DNA of 16,167 nucleotides from Oligoflexales bacterium (GTDB lineage Bacteria; Bdellovibrionota_B; Oligoflexia; Oligoflexales; Bog-1112): NCBI GenBank assembly GCA_045105515.1, contig JBGCDR010000232.1, positions 1 to 16,167 of the forward strand, read 5' to 3'. Shown piece by piece: positions 13,301 to 16,167 of this stretch (position 1 is its first letter; each line of letters starts with the position of its first letter). The notes under the pieces were generated by a model. It saw only the letters and a program-made list of their open reading frames with translations, ran no database searches and was not told where the DNA came from. The position numbers and the translations under genes were made by a program.

Positions 13301-16167
13301 GTAAGACCAAAGCCGTCTCACTCGATAAATTGGAAGTTGACGGAAACTCTGAAACTAAGACAGTCGTTACTGCCACAGATCTGGTTAAACTAGATAATGC
13401 CTCTGTTCAAGGTGACCTATCAGCTAATGCTAACGACGGAGTTGCGAGCCTGCAAAATAGCACTGTAGAAGGTGATGTTCAGGTTTATGGAAAAAAAGAG
13501 ACCTTAGTCAAGGGTAATTCACTTGCTGGCAACAAACGTATTGGTTACCGGACTTTGTTCGATATTGATGAAGAAGGTGAAGCGCATATCCAGCGTTCAG
13601 AACATACTGAATTTACTGACAATACAAATAGTCCGAATGACGATTCGGATCAAAAACTAAGTATACTTGGTAAAAAGGTGGTAACGGGTGGTAACCAAGG
13701 TTTTGAGGCTTGCTCTGAAGTCTCTATCATTGCTGATAGCAAAGAAAAAACAAGCGATGATTCTTTGCAAGGTGCACGGCAATATAATGAACTTGTGAAG
13801 AATTATGAATCCGAAAAAAAAGGAAATACTCAAAATCAAGTCGAGATGAACCCCCTTTCGCTTGATAGAAACGGACATTTTACCTCCCAACAACTCACGG
13901 ATGCAGAAATTGAACACAATGAGAAAATTCGTAGGGTAGCGAATACATTGCATGTAGGTTTTACAGCCAATAAAAAAACTCTCATGTCATCAAACCTTGG
14001 TTTGACAGCACTCGTTGAGGCTATGGATGGCGATGTAGAACTCGTTGAGGATCTTACCCCTGGCCTTGATGTGGTCAAGATTTATGGAAAAAGATTTCTA
14101 ATTCCTAAGCACCGTACCCTTGAGACCTTGCACTTTGTTAGCTATGCAAGGGAAAATAAAATCCTTGGCCGATTGCTTCATGAACAAACTGCTATTTTTA
14201 TTGGACAAAACGGTTCTCGGAGCGAAAAGACTTTTTTTGGGCAAGGCTCCCAAATAGGCCAGAATGATACCTCTGATACCTTTGTAAGATCAACGGAAGT
14301 TGATATTGGTGGAGAGTCCCAAGGAAATAGCTTAAGGACTGATGCTCAGAAAGTAATTTATAGAGAAACTGCAAACAGGACATTACATACTGAAGAAAAT
14401 AGTGCGGAAATCAGCCTAGAAGATCATGGTAAACGACAAGCTTATAAAGTCGTGGACCAATCGGATGGATCCATAAAATATGGCAAAACCTACAAAACTG
14501 AGATAACTGAGGGAGGTTCTTACACACGAATCGCCCCTCAAATTAATTCAGAAGAGCAGGGCAAAACCCATCTAGGTGAAGGTGCATCTTTAACCTTGGG
14601 TGGCCCGAATAATAATGGCCAGGCTCAGCTAAGCAAAGCAGAAAAAATAGAGCTTAAAGAAGAAATAAAAGGTGATTTTGGTTCAAGTCTTTCGATCACA
14701 AGTGATGAGTTAGGATTAAAAGGACTTATTGATCTAGACAAGGCTGTATTGATTGCTGATCGCTTAGAAGTGGAGGCTGAAACATCAGAGCAAGGCTTGG
14801 TTGTTAGGAATCTACGAGCAAAATTAGATCAACTTAAGGCAAGTGGAGATAAGTGGCTAACACTGAAACCTACCTATGAAAAATTCAATGAGGATGGAAC
14901 AAGAGAAATTGGATTATCAATCGCTGATTTAGACGCAAAAAATATTGATGTATGTGGTACTTACGCAATTGCTGATAATGACTCTGAAAAACGAGAAAAA
15001 GATACTCCGGATAGTAAAACTTTGTTTGTAGTTAAAATATCTCAACAAGGAGAGGGACGTTTTCAATACGCTGCAAGTGCTGAGGATGGGATTGAGACTC
15101 AACTGATTTCAGATTCGAGGATCGAATTTGATAGTCATGGAAATAAACAAACCGTAGGAGGCGGTTCAGAATTATCTGTTCATAGTAAAAAAGGAGCTTC
15201 CATCGCGCCAAACACCACCGTTTCTAGCAAGGATTCAAGTTGGTATCTTTCTGGAGATGAGCTGGAAATTTCGGGGCAACTTGGTCAAAGCGGGGATTCC
15301 ACGAGACTTTATGGGGTGAGTCAAGAGTCAATAACAAAACTTACATCTAGTAATAATGCTGACAGCTCTGAGACCCAAAAAGCTAACTTGAGATTGGCGC
15401 AAACTGGAACTTTAAAAGGTCAAATTCAAGGCTCTTTCCTTGGGGAAACTCAGCTAGATGGAAGTTTAAGTGTCGATAAAAACTCCCAGATTTTATCAGA
15501 TAAAATATCAAGCTCTGAGACGTTTAAGGTAGAGTTAGATGCAAGAAACAATAAAACAAGACTTGATCTAGTAGGGAGTGAGGTTTCTCTGCATGGTCAT
15601 GGTCAAACCCATGGAAATAACGCTGCAGCCATTGCAGCTCATCAAACAGATCCTTCTAAAGAATTATCAATGAGCTATCTTCATTCTGAAGATGCAGTTA
15701 CTACGGTAGAGATCCAGACCCCTGGTAAGGTGAGTTTAAAGCCAAACCAAAGCGTAGGTGGTGGTGATAGTTTTTTAGTAAAATCAGACTCAGTTGACAT
15801 GAATTCAGCCCACCAAACAGCAAGAACAAAGATTCAATTTAATATGCAGTCAGACGCTACGGTCAATGGATCAGCTAGTGCAAAAAGTATCAAGTATTCA
15901 TCGAAAAAAGGAAAATTAGATACTGATAAGGGTTTTGAGGCTGATTTACGTGATGAACAAGGCGATTTGACTTTAGAAGGTACAGAGGTTTCCGCTACTG
16001 GACGAGTTAAGAATGCTGGGGGTGCAAAGGTTATTCTAGGCGATCGTAATGCTTTACAAAGCAGAACAAAAAAAGTTGCAGTAGATAATTTGAAAGTTGA
16101 AGGCAACGCTGAAACTCATACCTCTGCCACTGCACAAGATAGCGCAGACGTAAAGTCCTCATCATTC
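7315..16167 (+). CDS. Giant exported beta-helical (filamentous-haemagglutinin-like) protein, at least 2951 aa, 3' end outside the window
   Basis: Frame +1 is open from GTG 7315 (upstream TAA at 7309-7311) to the last base, and is presumably absent from the ORF track because no stop is reached. Signal peptide MRNLSLFILVLLFSSKMNLSLA|AS. Most of the protein is short alternating hydrophobic/polar strands with G/N/D/S turns (IKLKAQELNIN, LNIKSGKEVSISG, LKIEADDLLIKG), typical of right-handed beta-helices. The RBS is weak and an alternative ATG lies at 7363. Confidence 0.85.
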   Translation, partial: MRNLSLFILVLLFSSKMNLSLAASSTYEHRFFDLREHVSETKLTEISAHNTYVNGYNKGRSLIVSADTVTIESGSKLDFDQIQIDCKQLILRGGELSAKQQLKINTDEIKGKNFKIVSPTFFLTVKDSYQMDKVSRIEADHLIAKMGSKTYYGTFSFAGSIHPLSAGKTKHSVRKDFVCDHNSEFTCIDMQGPGRGRIKLDADVSGFSSLKIESANSGQEITIAGEKIYGSSVEVNGLIKDINSIKLKAQELNINRSLSSNNIYLDGVDKLRISEASIIKARKTDIIAGNLGLNGSLEIDELDIFFTMHLHMPRLALNGREARIHGSGKLAVDFLSVLQLSEALNLDSKSSIDISGETFSELLSMSAQYDVKTSGRQNAKEISLLSEQSSVQMTGQVDLKEAGSMSVSGKNAKLDNLTIAGPQDAKARSLELLAEKDLLLKNTKVSNISQASMKAGKTLSIDEKSKIDVDGLRVDSPEMVLDGTFRGKSITVHGNRVQVGGRILDVNEVAFFTDEELNIGTSAALHVLHRLNIKSGKEVSISGEVVTQVLDVAAAELALLKQAKLEVHQQAAIYTSLWLKLNGIIDFSRADAKIVASGKIDLNTVLKYRNLEIRKAQQSDANYTPGQKLLLEIRKNAALEHTKAPFLSWAEQNPDKLESDLNYATVEQLNDDKAFAELLADELSKPHWSSFEGLKKVLWFLLNSMMDSVKQSLFSGALDLTKDGLKAAGIKSLGHLKNSLFSTIGKISSGDINGLNWGSMGSFLTGSASRAFKDLSGGFSPESYKDAFKCLGHVAFHQGKQQVIGNIFDPTRITLDVIQLLFTYPNLSRPQFIKRTVDLVGGSSIIKSTVLHLIGYQEKADQLMTEAKKFERISGPKNLEAPDTPEFEDGNLKIEADDLLIKGVVDANNLKTSTSLYSQSGQVHAKVAEIISEHVQLHESGILSIEDKAKVQANIDVILAGQLQGGKPSLQSTAFGSVAMDPSLKDTFIEVNAKKILSTGKLRVNGSLRLKAEGEDGLVILKDGSVKACEFSIDAANARISVPVEAEDAFYNVYNELVFDSMDEHIVKNYLKIHAPNAKVKISAKMIAKVIDIASEEFYLMRSGLLSAKEHAILETKAHMLLEGVIEAENADLSSKSIDFKGTQAKIKDSLRVSAKNIKAWKHANLDTNSAYFDADGGSFDIEDSTILAQKVMDIKAKHFKAILGASIKGDSDLSIRATNAYVGELTEIKASRINLKSSNFMQAWWSSLKANDINLDSDLITSAGLMMAENIVASSRLTTLGASGRMLGGTVSINSHGLAMAPISLIAGGRVNVSTTVNTTLAPGSAIVGGQVNVRSLSLLMAPGTAIVGAKTSVVAPLFFAAPFSLVGGAFGANVNSLYANQQANSAVGSISGNAKIDTFDGHIDGYVVELDEEQKWEEIKKRLNPLSSFGQKKVIQGTGEGQKSTEGENNSGNDDKQTEENEKEAADKDKKIIPTIGTGIAALGALHLGKNARIKGSNAGISAHSFHAASGGKISGSHAQILIAGLAKIDATVQAKDSLMVQGLSKEAKVLLKKDAKLKSKNRLDIHNLAEMEIDDRSSHGDAAIENAEGLIKVDTFRTHGGKWLDIDPGQREGAAEGQKTGLSLYARNIAIQGKHGSKAKANEDGTKPATTIRFQQTGKGSFTYGGQAGDGIKTELSSEAKIKFQSTDQTQEIGSGESLVVDARNGAHVAEGDRVRSRSTTILLVDGALDIDGRLGAKGSSTQIKGLSSDSQTQGEEESSLSDKPVAGNLQLGKLGRIEGHLDVQDTENSQLDGTLDLDQNSKIKSRSLRTGKTFQANLDARHGEVSLDLEAQEISLLGKATTEGTNKTKLKAIQKNGKSDMEFGLHHEENEQTDIKLESDRRVKFANTVEVVGGGEKFSVKSQGLDAGHAKQEAKKKLEYEFSADTNLSGNLSSQDVTIKGDSNVHFDDLQVDLRDEGGKLSVETKSASGNLSVGKASDASVSLGDDDPCNSKTKAVSLDKLEVDGNSETKTVVTATDLVKLDNASVQGDLSANANDGVASLQNSTVEGDVQVYGKKETLVKGNSLAGNKRIGYRTLFDIDEEGEAHIQRSEHTEFTDNTNSPNDDSDQKLSILGKKVVTGGNQGFEACSEVSIIADSKEKTSDDSLQGARQYNELVKNYESEKKGNTQNQVEMNPLSLDRNGHFTSQQLTDAEIEHNEKIRRVANTLHVGFTANKKTLMSSNLGLTALVEAMDGDVELVEDLTPGLDVVKIYGKRFLIPKHRTLETLHFVSYARENKILGRLLHEQTAIFIGQNGSRSEKTFFGQGSQIGQNDTSDTFVRSTEVDIGGESQGNSLRTDAQKVIYRETANRTLHTEENSAEISLEDHGKRQAYKVVDQSDGSIKYGKTYKTEITEGGSYTRIAPQINSEEQGKTHLGEGASLTLGGPNNNGQAQLSKAEKIELKEEIKGDFGSSLSITSDELGLKGLIDLDKAVLIADRLEVEAETSEQGLVVRNLRAKLDQLKASGDKWLTLKPTYEKFNEDGTREIGLSIADLDAKNIDVCGTYAIADNDSEKREKDTPDSKTLFVVKISQQGEGRFQYAASAEDGIETQLISDSRIEFDSHGNKQTVGGGSELSVHSKKGASIAPNTTVSSKDSSWYLSGDELEISGQLGQSGDSTRLYGVSQESITKLTSSNNADSSETQKANLRLAQTGTLKGQIQGSFLGETQLDGSLSVDKNSQILSDKISSSETFKVELDARNNKTRLDLVGSEVSLHGHGQTHGNNAAAIAAHQTDPSKELSMSYLHSEDAVTTVEIQTPGKVSLKPNQSVGGGDSFLVKSDSVDMNSAHQTARTKIQFNMQSDATVNGSASAKSIKYSSKKGKLDTDKGFEADLRDEQGDLTLEGTEVSATGRVKNAGGAKVILGDRNALQSRTKKVAVDNLKVEGNAETHTSATAQDSADVKSSSF
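11101..11460 (+). repeat. Block of about six hydrophobic 20-21-aa coding repeats in the giant ORF
   Basis: ASGRMLGGTVSINSHGLAM / APISLIAGGRVNVSTTVNTTL / APGSAIVGGQVNVRSLSLLM / APGTAIVGAKTSVVAPLFFA / APFSLVGGAFGANVNSLYAN, with AP starts at 11218, 11281, 11341 and 11401. Confidence 0.8.
12121..13400 (+). repeat. Large diverged internal protein repeat, copy 1 (about 425 aa)
   Basis: Colinear with 14842-16167: GGKWL, QQTGKGSFTY..AGDGIKTEL, QLDGTLDLDQNSKI, TFQANLDAR, VGGGEKFSVKS, DLRDEGG, SKTKAVSLDKLEVDGNSET. Confidence 0.85.
14842..16167 (+). repeat. Large diverged internal protein repeat, copy 2 (cut by the window end)
   Basis: GDKWL, SQQGEGRFQY..AEDGIETQL, QLDGSLSVDKNSQI, TFKVELDAR, VGGGDSFLVKS, DLRDEQG, SRTKKVAVDNLKVEGNAET. 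Offset from copy 1 is 2724-2760 nt. Confidence 0.85.

Noticed and set aside
1335..16106. The other short ORFs (61-110 aa) in the supplied track
   Set aside because: All lie inside the three long genes, antisense or out of frame, and show no recognisable motifs.
7315..16167. Naming the giant ORF fhaB/cdiA or an RTX protein
   Set aside because: No TPS motif, VENN motif or GGxGxDxL nonapeptides were seen, and the C-terminus is outside the window. Only the general beta-helix character is supported.
1..16167. CRISPR array, tRNA or rRNA genes
   Set aside because: No regularly spaced identical DNA repeats or structural RNA signatures were seen, and about 95% of the window is protein-coding.

Overview
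AT-rich bacterial-type window with three large, co-oriented + strand genes separated by only 27 and 59 bp, which suggests an operon. Each product starts with a Sec-type signal peptide. (1) 788-5464 encodes a 1558-aa protein with two TRAFAC-class P-loop GTPase-like domains, helical segments and a C-terminal ricin-B-like beta-trefoil. (2) 5492-7255 encodes a 587-aa protein of unknown function ending in a polybasic patch and a hydrophobic tail. (3) A giant ORF missing from the supplied track runs from GTG 7315 past the window end (at least 2951 codons, no stop found on manual translation). It reads as a filamentous-haemagglutinin-like beta-helix with a helical insert, a hydrophobic 20-aa repeat block and a diverged internal duplication at about 920-aa spacing. 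The left edge holds the 5' part of a divergent integrase-core-type transposase with an in-frame stop. No rRNA, tRNA or CRISPR array was seen. The most interesting hypothesis is an undescribed exported system combining a double GTPase-lectin, a tail-anchored protein and a giant beta-helical filament. All family calls come from motif recognition by eye, without database searches.
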